From positions 1-64,000 of the forward strand of contig JAVKJW010000010.1 of assembly GCA_031458695.1 (NCBI GenBank): DNA of 64,000 bases, given 5' to 3'. The translations under genes and the position numbers were made by a program. Shown one piece after another: positions 29,460 to 42,101 of the stretch (the first letter of the stretch is position 1; every line of letters begins with the position of its first letter). The notes under the pieces were generated by a model, which saw only the letters and a list, made by a program, of their open reading frames with translations, was not told where the DNA came from and did no database searches. This stretch comes from Candidatus Thermofontivivens primus. GTDB taxonomy: Bacteria > Sysuimicrobiota > Sysuimicrobiia > Sysuimicrobiales > Thermofontiviventaceae.

Positions 29460-30669
29460 GCGCTGAGAGGATAACCCCAATGGTCAGCAAAGCGGCGCTC
29501 GCAGCAAATGGGGCACGATACCCGAAACCATCCCACAACAGCCCCCCTAGGAGGGGACCAAGGACGAGCCCCAACCCTTGCGCCGTTTCCGAGGCTCCCA
29601 TCGCGAGGCCGGTCCTGCCTGGCGGAGCAGCCTGGCTCACGAGTGCCAACCAAGCGGGGGAAGAAAGGGCATAGCTCGCACCCAAGGCGACTGCGGCGAT
29701 GGTGAGGCGGTCAAGACGCGGGGGGAAAACGAACAGCCACATCCCTGCACTGGCCAGAAGCATACCCCCGAGCACCATGCGGCGTTTGCCGAACCGGTCT
29801 GCGAGCCAGCCTGCCGGAAGGGAGGCAAGGGCCACGGAGAGGACGAGGAAGAGGAAGAGCGTTCCAATGGCGCGCTCAGAAAGGCCCATGATCCTCTTGG
29901 CATAGATTGCCAAGATCGGGGCAAGAAGCCCCGCTGCAAACATTTGGACAAATGCGAGGAGGAGGAAGAGGAAAAAAGTGGAAGACCGTCCACCCCGGAT
30001 GGCTCCTGCAGAATTTCTGGCTTGGCTCGAGGTCCCATCCTCACCTCCCGATCCCTGAGGATGCACCTCTCGAAGGACAAGGCATGCCGTGATCGCACTC
30101 ACACAAAGGAGGGCTGAAGCGAGGTAGAAACCCGCTTTGTAGGACCCTGCGAACCCCACGACGTACAGGCCCAGCGCGGGGCCCAGGGCGAGGCCAGTGA
30201 GGAAGAACATGTTCAACAGCCCCATGGCCCCTGCCCGATTCTGTGGTGAAGTGAGATCCACGAGGATCGCAGCCGCCGACGGCCAGAGCCCAGCGCTACC
30301 CAGACCATCTAGGAGCCGCAGGGGGACAAAGAGCCAGGGAACGTGGAGCATGGCCATCAGGAGCGGGGCCAGGCTGCTCAGGAACAACCCGCCAATGATG
30401 ATGGGCCTGCGGCCGAGCCGGTCAGTAACGGAGCCCCAGATGGTCTTGAAGACGGTCTCCACAATTGCGAAGGTCGAGACCACGAGGCCAACGAGTTTGA
30501 CGCTGGCGTGGAGGTGCTCTGTAAGGTAAAGGGGAAGCAGGGGGATTACGGTGGCGAACCCAAGCTCGGCAATCCCGATGATGAGGACTACGCGGAGGAC
30601 CACCCCAGAGAGGAGCCGCACTGTCTCCTGCCGCCTCAGGATCAGCGCTGTGTGCAGGGAATTCCTCAC
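29401..30669 (-). CDS. MFS transporter
   Basis: Motif A twice (DRLGRR, DRFGKR). Confidence 0.9.
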   Translation of the reverse strand: MRNSLHTALILRRQETVRLLSGVVLRVVLIIGIAELGFATVIPLLPLYLTEHLHASVKLVGLVVSTFAIVETVFKTIWGSVTDRLGRRPIIIGGLFLSSLAPLLMAMLHVPWLFVPLRLLDGLGSAGLWPSAAAILVDLTSPQNRAGAMGLLNMFFLTGLALGPALGLYVVGFAGSYKAGFYLASALLCVSAITACLVLREVHPQGSGGEDGTSSQARNSAGAIRGGRSSTFFLFLLLAFVQMFAAGLLAPILAIYAKRIMGLSERAIGTLFLFLVLSVALASLPAGWLADRFGKRRMVLGGMLLASAGMWLFVFPPRLDRLTIAAVALGASYALSSPAWLALVSQAAPPGRTGLAMGASETAQGLGLVLGPLLGGLLWDGFGYRAPFAASAALLTIGVILSALTLPRMRDLPSGPPGQPQG

Positions 30670-31508
30670 GTCTTGCTTTCCTCCCGAGCTTTGCGCCCTT
30701 GGGGATCGAATTTCCCCCCGACAGATTCGCGTCCTGAGATTTTGGCGAGAACCCTCGCACCCCAGGGCCTACCGCGAAGGGCGAGGGCTGCCGCAGCACG
30801 GTGAGCCTCTTCCTCCACCCTGTCATCCAGAGCGCGCAGATGGACCTTCCCGTAGCGGGTTTCTAGCGCCCTTGCAATGAGGAAGTCAGCGAAAGCTGGG
30901 TTCTTGGGTAACAAGGGGCCATGAAGGTACGTCCCATAGACGTTCCCACACACAGCTCCTTCCGTACCATCCTCCCCGTTGTTCCCAAACCCTGCAAGGA
31001 CAACCCCAAGGGGCCTCACACCGGACCCGAGTGCGGTCCTCCCTCCGTGGTTCTCAAAACCTACAAGAGTGCGCCCACCGAGCAGGGCGCAACGGATCAC
31101 AATGTTTCCAATGAGCCTTTTCGCAGCCTTCCCTGGATGGACTGTGACCACATCAAGAAGCCCTAACCCTTCTAAATCCTCTCCTTCCGCAGGACGGTAA
31201 GCGTGACCAAGGAGTTGATACCCACCGCAGACCCCAAGGATGACCTTCCCAGATGCCGCGGCCTCCCGCAGGGCTTCCCCCTTCACCTCTCGCAGATCCC
31301 TTGCAGCCAGGCGCTGCTGTCGGTCTTCTCCCCCTCCAATAAAGAAGAGATCGAACTCCCGCGGGTCAACGGACTCCCCAAGCCCTTTTGATACCACCGA
31401 AACTTCCAGCCCATACCACTGCGCGCGGCGCACCAAGGCGAGGATGTTCCCTCGGTCCCCGTAGAGATTGAGGAGATCGGGATAGAGGTGACAGATCCTG
31501 AGTTTCAT
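30666..31508 (-). CDS. gatD: Lipid II isoglutaminyl synthase glutaminase subunit
   Basis: Motifs LNLYGD.GN, VCGGYQLLG, GFENH.G, YLHGPLLPKNP. Confidence 0.9.
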   Translation of the reverse strand: MKLRICHLYPDLLNLYGDRGNILALVRRAQWYGLEVSVVSKGLGESVDPREFDLFFIGGGEDRQQRLAARDLREVKGEALREAAASGKVILGVCGGYQLLGHAYRPAEGEDLEGLGLLDVVTVHPGKAAKRLIGNIVIRCALLGGRTLVGFENHGGRTALGSGVRPLGVVLAGFGNNGEDGTEGAVCGNVYGTYLHGPLLPKNPAFADFLIARALETRYGKVHLRALDDRVEEEAHRAAAALALRGRPWGARVLAKISGRESVGGKFDPQGRKAREESKT

Positions 31509-32897
31509 TCACTGCCTCCAGAATCCCGACACTACGCCCATCCTCTGGAGGATGGCTCGGAGCTGGAGCATTGCAGTATAGGTGGGGAGGAGGAAGACCT
31601 TCTCCCCTTCTTCCGCCATGGCCACGGCGCGCAACACCGCGCGTTTCCCGTCCTTCTCCACGACGATGCGACCTGGTTCCACTCCAGCATATTTGAGCCG
31701 CAAGGCCATCTCCTCTGCCCTCCGGCCCGTGACGACCAAACCTTTCACCCGCCCACAAAGCATCTCGAAGTCCACATCCCACAACCAGGAGATGTCGCGC
31801 CCATCGGCGATGAGGTCGTTGATAGCGATGAGGACCACAGGGGCCTGTTCTCCTTGTAGGAGCGTGCGGAGAACCGCGTTGAATCCGGCGGGGTTCTTGA
31901 CGAGGAGGAAAACCAGCTCGCGATCATTCAGTTGGAGCCGCTCCCCTCTGCCGAACGCCGGGGTGAAACTCTCGATCGCTCTCTCCATCGTCTCGGGCGC
32001 GATCCCCAGAGAATAGGCTGCAGCACATGCCGCGAGGATGTTGTACACGTTGTACAGGCCTGGGAGGGCTGTGCGGACACGCATGCTCCCTCTGGGGCCA
32101 TCTATGGTAAACTGGCTCCCCTCGATCCCCCGCAACACGATCTCCCTGGCGGTCACGTCCGGATTGAGCCGGCGGGTGCCACAGCCCTCACAACAGTATT
32201 TCCCCATGTGCCCGAAATACACCACAGTGTACTGGTAGGGGCGACCACAGTGGTAGCAGTAGCGTGCGTCGGCGGCGTGCTCTAGCACAGTAAGGGCAAC
32301 CCTCTCATCCTCGATCCCAAAAGTCATTCTCTGTCCCTTCACCCCCCTTCCCACCTCGGCCACGAGAGGATCATCGACGTTGAGGACAACGGTTGCATCG
32401 GAGGGGAGTTGGTTCAGTGCCTTGCGCCAACCCTCCGCTACGACCTCGAGCTCCCCGTAGCGGTCCAGCTGATCCCGGAAGAGGTTCGTCAGGACAATCA
32501 CCCTGGGCATGAGCGCATCAAACACCTTCGGGAGCGTAGCCTCATCGATCTCAAGGATAGCGAGGTCGCCGGCGAGATCCCCCAGGTAGTTGGCGTGCTC
32601 CAGAAGGGCGGTGGCGACGCCGCTTGCCAAGTTCGCACCCGCGCGGTTATGGATGGGCACGAGCGCTGCCAGCTCGGCTATGTGTGCGAGGATCCGTGAT
32701 GTCGTGGTCTTCCCATTCGTCCCTGTCACCACGACTGTTCCAAAAGGCAGCCGCTGCGCCAGTAGGCGAACGAGCTGGGGTTCCACCGCCCGGGCCACCC
32801 GTCCGGGAATTGTTGTGCCCCCTCCCAATCCGAGGGAGCGGCTGGCGAGGGCAGCGAGACGACCGAGGGTAATCGCGGTGGTAAGCCGCAGGGACAC
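31509..32897 (-). CDS. murT: Lipid II isoglutaminyl synthase MurT subunit
   Basis: Motifs GTNGKTTT, FRDQLDRYGE, Zn finger CYHC/CEGC, DISWLWDVDFE, TYTAM. Confidence 0.92.
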   Translation of the reverse strand: MSLRLTTAITLGRLAALASRSLGLGGGTTIPGRVARAVEPQLVRLLAQRLPFGTVVVTGTNGKTTTSRILAHIAELAALVPIHNRAGANLASGVATALLEHANYLGDLAGDLAILEIDEATLPKVFDALMPRVIVLTNLFRDQLDRYGELEVVAEGWRKALNQLPSDATVVLNVDDPLVAEVGRGVKGQRMTFGIEDERVALTVLEHAADARYCYHCGRPYQYTVVYFGHMGKYCCEGCGTRRLNPDVTAREIVLRGIEGSQFTIDGPRGSMRVRTALPGLYNVYNILAACAAAYSLGIAPETMERAIESFTPAFGRGERLQLNDRELVFLLVKNPAGFNAVLRTLLQGEQAPVVLIAINDLIADGRDISWLWDVDFEMLCGRVKGLVVTGRRAEEMALRLKYAGVEPGRIVVEKDGKRAVLRAVAMAEEGEKVFLLPTYTAMLQLRAILQRMGVVSGFWRQ

Positions 32898-32979
32898 GGC
32901 ACTCTCTTCCCTTCACGTTGCACTCCAAGGAGCCCACAGGTAGCCGGCAAAGACTTCATAAAGGGAAGGTTGCGCAGGT

Positions 32980-33204
32980 TCAACCCTTCTCCTGGTCGTC
33001 GACAGGTTCCAGCTCAGAAACATCGTTCCGAAACCAGACCGGGACCTTCCATCCATCCACGATCACCTGCACATCCCGGTACACCGAAACTACGGTTCCA
33101 GTACGCCCTGCAAGCTCTGGCCAAAGCCTCAGAGCCTCTGCTTTCGAGTCTGGCCGGATGCGCACCCGATCCCCAGGCCTGAACAACAAGTTCCGCTCCT
33201 CCAT
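32980..33204 (-). CDS. Small SH3/KOW-like hypothetical protein (74 aa)
   Basis: FRPGDRVRI...GRTGTVV pattern. No clear SD. Confidence 0.6.
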   Translation of the reverse strand: MEERNLLFRPGDRVRIRPDSKAEALRLWPELAGRTGTVVSVYRDVQVIVDGWKVPVWFRNDVSELEPVDDQEKG

Positions 33205-33207
33205 ACC

Positions 33208-33236
33208 CGGGCAAAGGTCTTTTGGACATTTGCCGG
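33208..33236. repeat. Member of dispersed palindromic repeat family
   Basis: CGGGCAAAGGTCTTTTGGACATTTGCCGG. Confidence 0.6.
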
Positions 33237-33394
33237 AGACACTCTCCCACAGGAGAGGGGCGATATCCGAGATCCCTCGCACTATTTACCGCACACGGGG
33301 GTATTTTACCTCCCCCTCCCCTTCCTGGCAACCGTACTTCACCCCCCTGCAAAACTCTGTGGCTTTTGCTGGGGGTACCTCACCCAAACGTGCC

Positions 33395-33423
33395 TTGCAC
33401 GATCAGGGGGTTTGCAGTATCCT
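33395..33423 (+). promoter_or_regulatory. Putative sigma-70 promoter of icd operon
   Basis: TTGCAC-17 bp-TATCCT. Confidence 0.5.
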
Positions 33424-33541
33424 TGTGATGGCCAGTAGCCGTCTTGTAACCTGAGTCAATCTCCTTGCGCTTCAAAGAGGGGCTCCGGTAAAAACCCACG
33501 ATGATTGCCGGGGTACTTAAAATCGGTTGGAGGGAGGAGAA

Positions 33542-35828
<2,287 letters not shown>

Positions 35829-35843
35829 CGAGGAGTAGGATCC

Positions 35844-36980
35844 ATGAAGCTCTTTGAGTACCAAGCGAAGGAGATCTTTGCCCGCTACGGCATTCCTGTG
35901 CCGCCTGGCACCGTCATCACCCAACCGGGTGAGGTCGAGCACCTCGCCCTCAGGTACCCCCTCGTCCTGAAAGCGCAAGTCCTTGTCGGAGGGCGAGGAA
36001 AGGCCGGTGGGATCAAGATCGCGAGGAACCCTCAGGAAGCTAGGGAACACGCGGAGGCCATCCTCGGCATGACCATCAAGGGCGAACAAGTTCGTGCCCT
36101 TCTGGCCGCCGAAGCGGTCGACATCGAGAAGGAGTACTACCTCGCGTTCACCATAGACCGCAGCGCACGGCGCGTGGTCGCAGTGGCTTCTGAGGCAGGT
36201 GGTGTGGACATCGAGGAGGTGGCCCGGGAGACTCCAGAGAAGATTATCAAAGTCCCCGTGGATCCCTTCCTTGGGTTCCAGCCTTTCCAAGCAAGGATTC
36301 TGGGACGGCGCTTAGGTTTGACAGGTCGGACCCTCACGGAGTTCGCCCAGATCGCCTACAATCTTTACCGCCTCTTGCGGGAAGAGGACGCCGAGCTTGC
36401 GGAGATTAACCCTCTCGCGCTGACCGACGGGCACCTTGTGGCCATCGACGCCAAGCTCATCCTGGACGACAACGCGAGCTACCGTCATCCTGACCGGCCA
36501 GCTGACCAGGAAATGACTGAACTCGAGCGCATGGCCAAGGAACATGACCTGAGTTACGTGGAATTAGACGGGGATATCGCGATCATCGGGAACGGGGCGG
36601 GTCTTGTGATGGCCACCCTGGACATGGTCGCACACTTCGGGGGGAGACCGGCGAACTTCCTAGACGTTGGCGGAGGGGCTTCTACGGAAGCAATGAAACA
36701 AGCTCTGGCGATCGCCACGAGGAAACCTGGGATCCGGGTCCTGTTCGTGAACATCTTCGGAGGGATCACACGGTGTGATGACATCGCCAGGGGAATTGTC
36801 GAGAACCGCCCTTCGGTCCCCATGGTCGTTCGCCTCACAGGGACCAACGAGGAGGAGGGAAGGGCGATTCTGGAGGCGCAGGGGATCCGGGCCTTCACCG
36901 ACCCTGTCGAGGCTGCGCAGGAAGCGGTCCGGTTAGGCAGGGAACCGGTACAGGAGGTGCACCATGGCCATCCTCGTTGA
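35844..36980 (+). CDS. sucC: Succinyl-CoA synthetase beta subunit
   Basis: Motifs [27 protein letters not shown]. Confidence 0.97.
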   Translation: MKLFEYQAKEIFARYGIPVPPGTVITQPGEVEHLALRYPLVLKAQVLVGGRGKAGGIKIARNPQEAREHAEAILGMTIKGEQVRALLAAEAVDIEKEYYLAFTIDRSARRVVAVASEAGGVDIEEVARETPEKIIKVPVDPFLGFQPFQARILGRRLGLTGRTLTEFAQIAYNLYRLLREEDAELAEINPLALTDGHLVAIDAKLILDDNASYRHPDRPADQEMTELERMAKEHDLSYVELDGDIAIIGNGAGLVMATLDMVAHFGGRPANFLDVGGGASTEAMKQALAIATRKPGIRVLFVNIFGGITRCDDIARGIVENRPSVPMVVRLTGTNEEEGRAILEAQGIRAFTDPVEAAQEAVRLGREPVQEVHHGHPR

Positions 36981-37851
36981 CGAACAGACGCGCGTCCTCG
37001 TCCAGGGGATCACTGGCTACCAGGGGGAATTCCATACCCGCCAGATGCTTGCGTTTGGCACAAAGGTGGTTGCTGGGACCTCTCCCGGGAAAGGAGGGAC
37101 CACGGTCCATGGCATCCCCGTCTTCGACACCGTCGAGGAAGCTGTGAAGGAGACGGGCGCTACTGCTTCCTGTATCTTCGTCCCTGCGCGCGGCGCCAAG
37201 GATGCGGCGCTAGAGGCGATTGCCAGCGGGCTCGATCCTGTCGTCATCATTACCGAACATATCCCTGTCCACGACACCATCGAGATCGTCGCCTATGCCC
37301 GGGAGAAGGGGGTCCACGTGGTTGGGCCCAACGGGCCAGGTCTCGCCTCCGCAGGACGATGCAAGATTGGTATCATGCCAAACCATCTCTTCCAACCGGG
37401 AAAGGTTGGCGTCGTCTCCCGGAGCGGGACGCTCACCTACGAGATCGTTGCTGCCCTCACCCGCGCGGGTTTGGGGGAAACTACGGCAATCGGTCTCGGC
37501 GGAGACCCTGTCGTAGGGTTGACCTTTGTGGAAGTCCTGAAATTGTTCGAATCGGATCCGGAGACCCAGGCCGTGGTCCTCATCGGGGAGATCGGGGGGA
37601 ACGCCGAGGAAGAGGCTGCGGACTATATCGCTCGCCGGTTCACCAAACCCGTCGTTGCCTACATTGCCGGGAGAACCGCTCCTCCGGGGAAGCGCATGGG
37701 GCACGCGGGCGCAGTCATCTCAGGGACGGAAGGAACTGCCCAGTCCAAGATTGAGGCTCTGAAGGCAGCGGGGGTGGCTGTAGCAGACCTGCCGAGCGAT
37801 GTTGCAGAGCTCCTGAGGGAGATCCTGGGGCCTTCAAGGAATTCTCGGTAA
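36964..37851 (+). CDS. sucD: Succinyl-CoA synthetase alpha subunit
   Basis: Motifs [20 protein letters not shown]. Confidence 0.97.
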   Translation: MAILVDEQTRVLVQGITGYQGEFHTRQMLAFGTKVVAGTSPGKGGTTVHGIPVFDTVEEAVKETGATASCIFVPARGAKDAALEAIASGLDPVVIITEHIPVHDTIEIVAYAREKGVHVVGPNGPGLASAGRCKIGIMPNHLFQPGKVGVVSRSGTLTYEIVAALTRAGLGETTAIGLGGDPVVGLTFVEVLKLFESDPETQAVVLIGEIGGNAEEEAADYIARRFTKPVVAYIAGRTAPPGKRMGHAGAVISGTEGTAQSKIEALKAAGVAVADLPSDVAELLREILGPSRNSR

Positions 37852-37957
37852 CTCCCAGAAGATTTCTGGGCAAAGATGTGAGGGGACCCTGTTGTGAGGA
37901 AACTGCACTGACGCGTGGGAAAACCTGGGCCTGGAAAAGAGTCTGGAGGATGCTCTC

Positions 37958-38158
37958 GTGGAGAAACGGCTGTATCGTTCGCGTGCCAACAGAATGCTCG
38001 GCGGGGTCTGTGGGGGGATTGCAGAATACATCGGGGCCGACCCCACCATCGTCCGCCTCATTTGGGCGTTGATCGCGCTTTTCCCCCCGACGATGCTGGT
38101 CGGCATCGGGGGGTACCTGATCGCTTGGCTGATCATCCCAGAGGCCCCAGCCCAATAG
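37958..38158 (+). CDS. PspC domain protein
   Basis: KRLYRS...MLGGVCGGIAEY...D.T.VR. Confidence 0.92.
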   Translation: MEKRLYRSRANRMLGGVCGGIAEYIGADPTIVRLIWALIALFPPTMLVGIGGYLIAWLIIPEAPAQ

Positions 38159-38221
38159 CGAAGAGGGATACTCCGTTCCCCACTCCATCTGTTCCTCTTT
38201 CTCAAGGGAGAAGAAGTGTGT

Positions 38222-38560
38222 ATGGAAGGGTTCATTCTTCGCTGGCTGGTCAACGGGGTGGCGATTTATCTTACAACCCGCATCGTCCCCGGCATCTCTG
38301 TCCCCGACTTCCTCGGTGCGCTCCTCGCTGCCCTCGTCCTGGGGGTTGTCAACGCCGTCATCCGTCCTCTTGTCCTTTTGCTTACCCTCCCCATCAATAT
38401 CCTGACTCTGGGCCTATTCACTCTTCTTGTCAACACCCTGATGCTCTACCTCGTCGCTGCCCTTACTCCGTTACGCCTCTCTGGGTTTTGGTCAGCCTTC
38501 CTGGGAGCGCTCCTCATCAGCACCATTAGCCTGATCCTGATGCGGATCCTCCCTCGCTAA
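38222..38560 (+). CDS. YvlD-like membrane protein (phage holin family 4)
   Basis: VNAVIRP...LTLP..ILTLGLF. Confidence 0.9.
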   Translation: MEGFILRWLVNGVAIYLTTRIVPGISVPDFLGALLAALVLGVVNAVIRPLVLLLTLPINILTLGLFTLLVNTLMLYLVAALTPLRLSGFWSAFLGALLISTISLILMRILPR

Positions 38561-40250
38561 GGGCGCTTTGAAGGGAGAGGGGGCGGTTCCTCTCTACCTC
38601 CAGGGCAGGAAGCCTCACCCAGAAGGTGGACCCGTGTCCTTCCTGGCTGGTGAACCCAATGGTTCCTCCCGAAGCTTCTACGATGTGCTTGGCGATGAAC
38701 AGACCAAGTCCGGTCCCTTCAATCCCGCTCTTCACCGCATTGCTCCCTCGGAAAAACTTGGTGAAGAGATAGGGCTGCTGGGGGAGGGGGATCCCGATCC
38801 CAGTGTCACGAACCTCCAGAACGACATGGCCATCCTCCACCCCGAGTTCCACCGAGACCTTCCCACCCTCAGGAGTGTACTTGATCCCATTGATCAGGAG
38901 GTTTTCGATCACTTGGCGCATTCGCCTCCTGTCCACAAGGACCTTGGGAATCGGAGAGGTTCTCTTGTGCCATTCCAGATGGATCTGTCTCTGGTTCGCT
39001 AAGGGAAGGCACTCCTTGACAAGCTCCTCGGTCAATCCCTCGATGGAGACCTCGACGGGCTCAAGGGTGAGTCTCCCCTGCTCGATGCGCGAGACATCCA
39101 GCAACTCCTCCACAAGATCGATCATTCGGAGCGTACTCTCATAGGCAAGGGAGACAAACTGGTAATGCTGCGGGGGGATCGTCTCGCGCCCGGACTCCAG
39201 CACCATCTCAAGACTCCACCGCATTGCGGAGAGGGGCGTCCTGAGCTCGTGGGAGGCAATCCCCACGAACTCAGACTTCGCCCGCTCGAACTCTTCTTCA
39301 TGGGTCATGTCCCGGAGGAGGATCAGGCACCCGGTGACCGTTCCGCTTCCATCCTCGATGAGGCGAACGCGTTCTCGGACAGGGACTGCACGGCCGTCCC
39401 GCGTCGTGAGGGTAGAGATCCCAGGAGAGCGGAGGGCACGCGAGGAGTCTTTGGGTTCTCTCGTCATCACAAGGATCTCCCCAAATGGGCGTCCCAGGGA
39501 TTCGGAGGCCGTATACCCAGTGAGGGCTTCTGCTGCCCTATTGAAGAACATGATCCTCCCTTCCATGTCCACTGCCACGACGGCATCTCCGATGCTCTCC
39601 AGGATCGCCTCCTCCACCTTCTTGAGATTGTTGATCTCCTCAATAGAGGCGAGGGCCACACGATGCATTCGCTTCACCTGCCGGGCCAGTTCGCCGATCT
39701 CATCCTCCCGCGTCCAATCAACCCATCCCCTCTCCTCAAGGGTTCCAGAGGCGAGGAATTGGAGGAGCCCCCGAAGAGGCTGCAATACCCACCGATCCAG
39801 AGTGAAGAGGAGAATGAGTACCTCTGCAACTCCCGCGAGAACCGCCCACCAGCCTTGCTTGAAAAAGAGAAAGAAGGCCTCTTTGAGAGAGACGCTCACA
39901 ATGAGGGTATCCCCAGAATCCCACAAGGGAGAGGAAAGCCGGATCCTCCCCCTTGACACCTCCCATCCCGGGATAGGGATTCGATCACGGGAGCCTCCAA
40001 TCTCCACTTTTACCCCCTCGGGAAGAAGCACCCTCGTCGGGACCTCGCGAGGGTCCATCCCCTCACCTTTCCTTTCCTTCAACGCTAACTGGATCTTGTG
40101 GGAAACCCCCGAAATGGTTGAAGAAACAACTACAAAGGCTCCCCCGAGGAGAATGAGAAGCAGGAGGACAGTGAAGGTGAAGAAGAACCTGTGCCGCACA
40201 GAGTTCATGGGCGGACCTGGAGAAAGTGGTTCTTTCAGAGGGTATTCCAC
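38526..40250 (-). CDS. Membrane sensor histidine kinase (2 TM, HAMP-like, PAS, HisKA, HATPase)
   Basis: Motifs ASHELRTPL, NLLINGIKY, DTGIGI, GTGLGL and PAS FNRAAE. Start may be 40208. Confidence 0.93.
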   Translation of the reverse strand: MEYPLKEPLSPGPPMNSVRHRFFFTFTVLLLLILLGGAFVVVSSTISGVSHKIQLALKERKGEGMDPREVPTRVLLPEGVKVEIGGSRDRIPIPGWEVSRGRIRLSSPLWDSGDTLIVSVSLKEAFFLFFKQGWWAVLAGVAEVLILLFTLDRWVLQPLRGLLQFLASGTLEERGWVDWTREDEIGELARQVKRMHRVALASIEEINNLKKVEEAILESIGDAVVAVDMEGRIMFFNRAAEALTGYTASESLGRPFGEILVMTREPKDSSRALRSPGISTLTTRDGRAVPVRERVRLIEDGSGTVTGCLILLRDMTHEEEFERAKSEFVGIASHELRTPLSAMRWSLEMVLESGRETIPPQHYQFVSLAYESTLRMIDLVEELLDVSRIEQGRLTLEPVEVSIEGLTEELVKECLPLANQRQIHLEWHKRTSPIPKVLVDRRRMRQVIENLLINGIKYTPEGGKVSVELGVEDGHVVLEVRDTGIGIPLPQQPYLFTKFFRGSNAVKSGIEGTGLGLFIAKHIVEASGGTIGFTSQEGHGSTFWVRLPALEVERNRPLSLQSALSEGGSASGSG

Positions 40251-41560
40251 GGCAATTCCGCCACCCCGTGGGGAAAACCCTTTGTGTCTTGGAGGGAGAC
40301 CGTCAAGCGTTGGAGGGCCTGTAAAGCCTGGTGCAAGAGAGAAGCTGCCTCCTCTACCTCCCCCTCCTCCAAGTGCAATCGTCCAAGAACCATGTAGGCT
40401 GCCACGAGGTCGGTAGTGATCCCTAGCACGGAGAACGCTTGGATGGCTTCCTGGAGATAACGGCGGGCTTCCCCCCGGTCTCCCTCAGATTCCATGATCA
40501 ATGCCAGGAGAAATTGTAGCCTCCCCCGCTCAGCTCCCTCCTGCACAGAAGCCTTTCCCTGATCCTGCGCTTCGCCCAGCAGAGCAAGGGCGGATATAGC
40601 GTACTCCTTTGCCTCCTCATTCCTCCCCAGGAGATAAGAACACCGGCTGAGTCCTCCCAGGGCGCACCCCTCGGCATACCGGTCCCCCAGCTCTCTGTGG
40701 AGGGAGAGTCCGGATTTCAGATAACCGTAGCTTGCGTAGAGGTCCCCTCGAAAGAGCAGGAGCAACCCCAGGTTCGTCTGCACCCGCGCGGCCATCCTCT
40801 GGATTTCACGCATCTCTAACTGGGCACTCAGTGACTGTAACCATCCGAGGGCCCCCTCTGTCCCATGACGATGCACTCCATGGTCTTGCAGTTCCCTGGG
40901 GTGATCGACCTTCTCGAAGGAGTGGGCAAGCTCCAACAACTCCAGGACCTGGCAGTAGCTGATGAGGCAGTCATCGAACGAGCCTATCCCTCGATACGCC
41001 GTGCCTCTCAGCGCGAGGAGGTAAGCCTTAGGAAGAGGCCGCGGTGGTTCCACCTGATCGAGGAGCGCGATCCCCTGGTGGATGTACTCGATGGCTGTTT
41101 CGTAGGCATGACGCCTCAACGCGAGCTCCCCCAGAATCCCCAGCGCCCAGCTCGCATCTTCCTCCGCCCCTATCCCGAAAGCTCGCTCTAGAGCCAGCCG
41201 AAGATAGGCCTCTGCCTCCCGCTGGTACCCTTGGAGAGCGCGTACCTCACCTAACTGGAGGAATACGCGGATCTCTGCACGGGGAGACTGTTGCTCCTCG
41301 ATCGCCCTGAAGGCCAAGGCAAGGAAATCAAGGGCTTTCTCCACCTGCCCTCCCCGGAGGTACAGGCTTGAGAGTGCGATCGCCACCTCTGCCCTTTGCT
41401 CGGGGTCGGGATATGCTTCCACATGGATCAGGTCTTCGAGGGAAGGCAGGGCTTCGAGGGTGGGCTCTACCTCAAGAGGAGAGGATCTCATCCCCTCAAT
41501 CGGATCCAGAAGCCTGTCCAGGATCCCTATGGGTGGAAAGAACGCCCTGACCTCTTCCAT
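40235..41560 (-). CDS. Tetratricopeptide repeat protein
   Basis: Many helical TPR-like units (LGE....G..A..YL..AL). No HTH or enzyme domain seen. Confidence 0.85.
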   Translation of the reverse strand: MEEVRAFFPPIGILDRLLDPIEGMRSSPLEVEPTLEALPSLEDLIHVEAYPDPEQRAEVAIALSSLYLRGGQVEKALDFLALAFRAIEEQQSPRAEIRVFLQLGEVRALQGYQREAEAYLRLALERAFGIGAEEDASWALGILGELALRRHAYETAIEYIHQGIALLDQVEPPRPLPKAYLLALRGTAYRGIGSFDDCLISYCQVLELLELAHSFEKVDHPRELQDHGVHRHGTEGALGWLQSLSAQLEMREIQRMAARVQTNLGLLLLFRGDLYASYGYLKSGLSLHRELGDRYAEGCALGGLSRCSYLLGRNEEAKEYAISALALLGEAQDQGKASVQEGAERGRLQFLLALIMESEGDRGEARRYLQEAIQAFSVLGITTDLVAAYMVLGRLHLEEGEVEEAASLLHQALQALQRLTVSLQDTKGFPHGVAELPWNTL

Positions 41561-41721
41561 CGTTCTATCCTTGCGTGATCGGTGCTCTGGGAAAATTCTG
41601 AAGGCAAAAATTCATCTTGCCAGAGTCTTGCCCGATTATGGTAAAATGAACCCAAATTCACTAGCCAGGACACCCGACCACCCTCGAATACGCTTGGTGG
41701 AGGACAGCAGGAGGAAGGGAT

Positions 41722-41901
41722 ATGCATGTGCTCATCGCACTCCTCACCGGCCAGATCTGGGGGCTCTCGCTGGTCGTTGCCACGCTCCATCTCCTCAAAA
41801 TCCCCGAGGAGGAGCGACTCCTGGCTGGGGTCGTCCTTGCCATCGTCTACAGCCTCTTTGGGATTCCTGTCCTCCGCTGGGTCCTCACCCTATTCGTGTG
41901 A
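41722..41901 (+). CDS. Small 2-TM membrane protein (59 aa), missing from the ORF track
   Basis: AGGAGG SD, then [59 protein letters not shown]. Upstream extended -10 TGGTAAAAT at 41639-41647. Confidence 0.72.
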   Translation: MHVLIALLTGQIWGLSLVVATLHLLKIPEEERLLAGVVLAIVYSLFGIPVLRWVLTLFV

Positions 41902-41993
41902 ACGGAGTGCCTAACCCTCCTGGCAATGGTCTGTTGCCTTTTTCGGGACTCCTGTGGAAATGGGGCTATGGAGAAGCAACCACTGACGCCATC

Positions 41994-42029
41994 TTGCACC
42001 TTCTCGCACATTTTGATAGTATTAACTAT
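41994..42029 (+). promoter_or_regulatory. Putative promoter of sigma gene with overlapping palindrome
   Basis: TTGCAC-17 bp-TAGTAT with extended TG. ATAGT-ATTA-ACTAT palindrome over the -10. Confidence 0.5.
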
Positions 42030-42101
42030 AGAAAGTCTTACGTCAGGGAACCTGGGAATCGATCGAGCGGGTTACGCGTTCTATTCCATGGAGGGTCGTG
42101 G

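Noticed and set aside
30666..31508. CobQ cobalamin synthesis gene
   Set aside because: Coupling to the MurT ligase and its motifs identify it as GatD.
38222..38560. Phage holin as prophage evidence
   Set aside because: The YvlD-type family is commonly chromosomal next to pspC, and no phage genes are nearby.
41460..42101. 214-aa N-terminal extension of the sigma ORF
   Set aside because: It overlaps the TPR gene, the 59-aa ORF and promoter DNA. A good SD-ATG exists at 42102.
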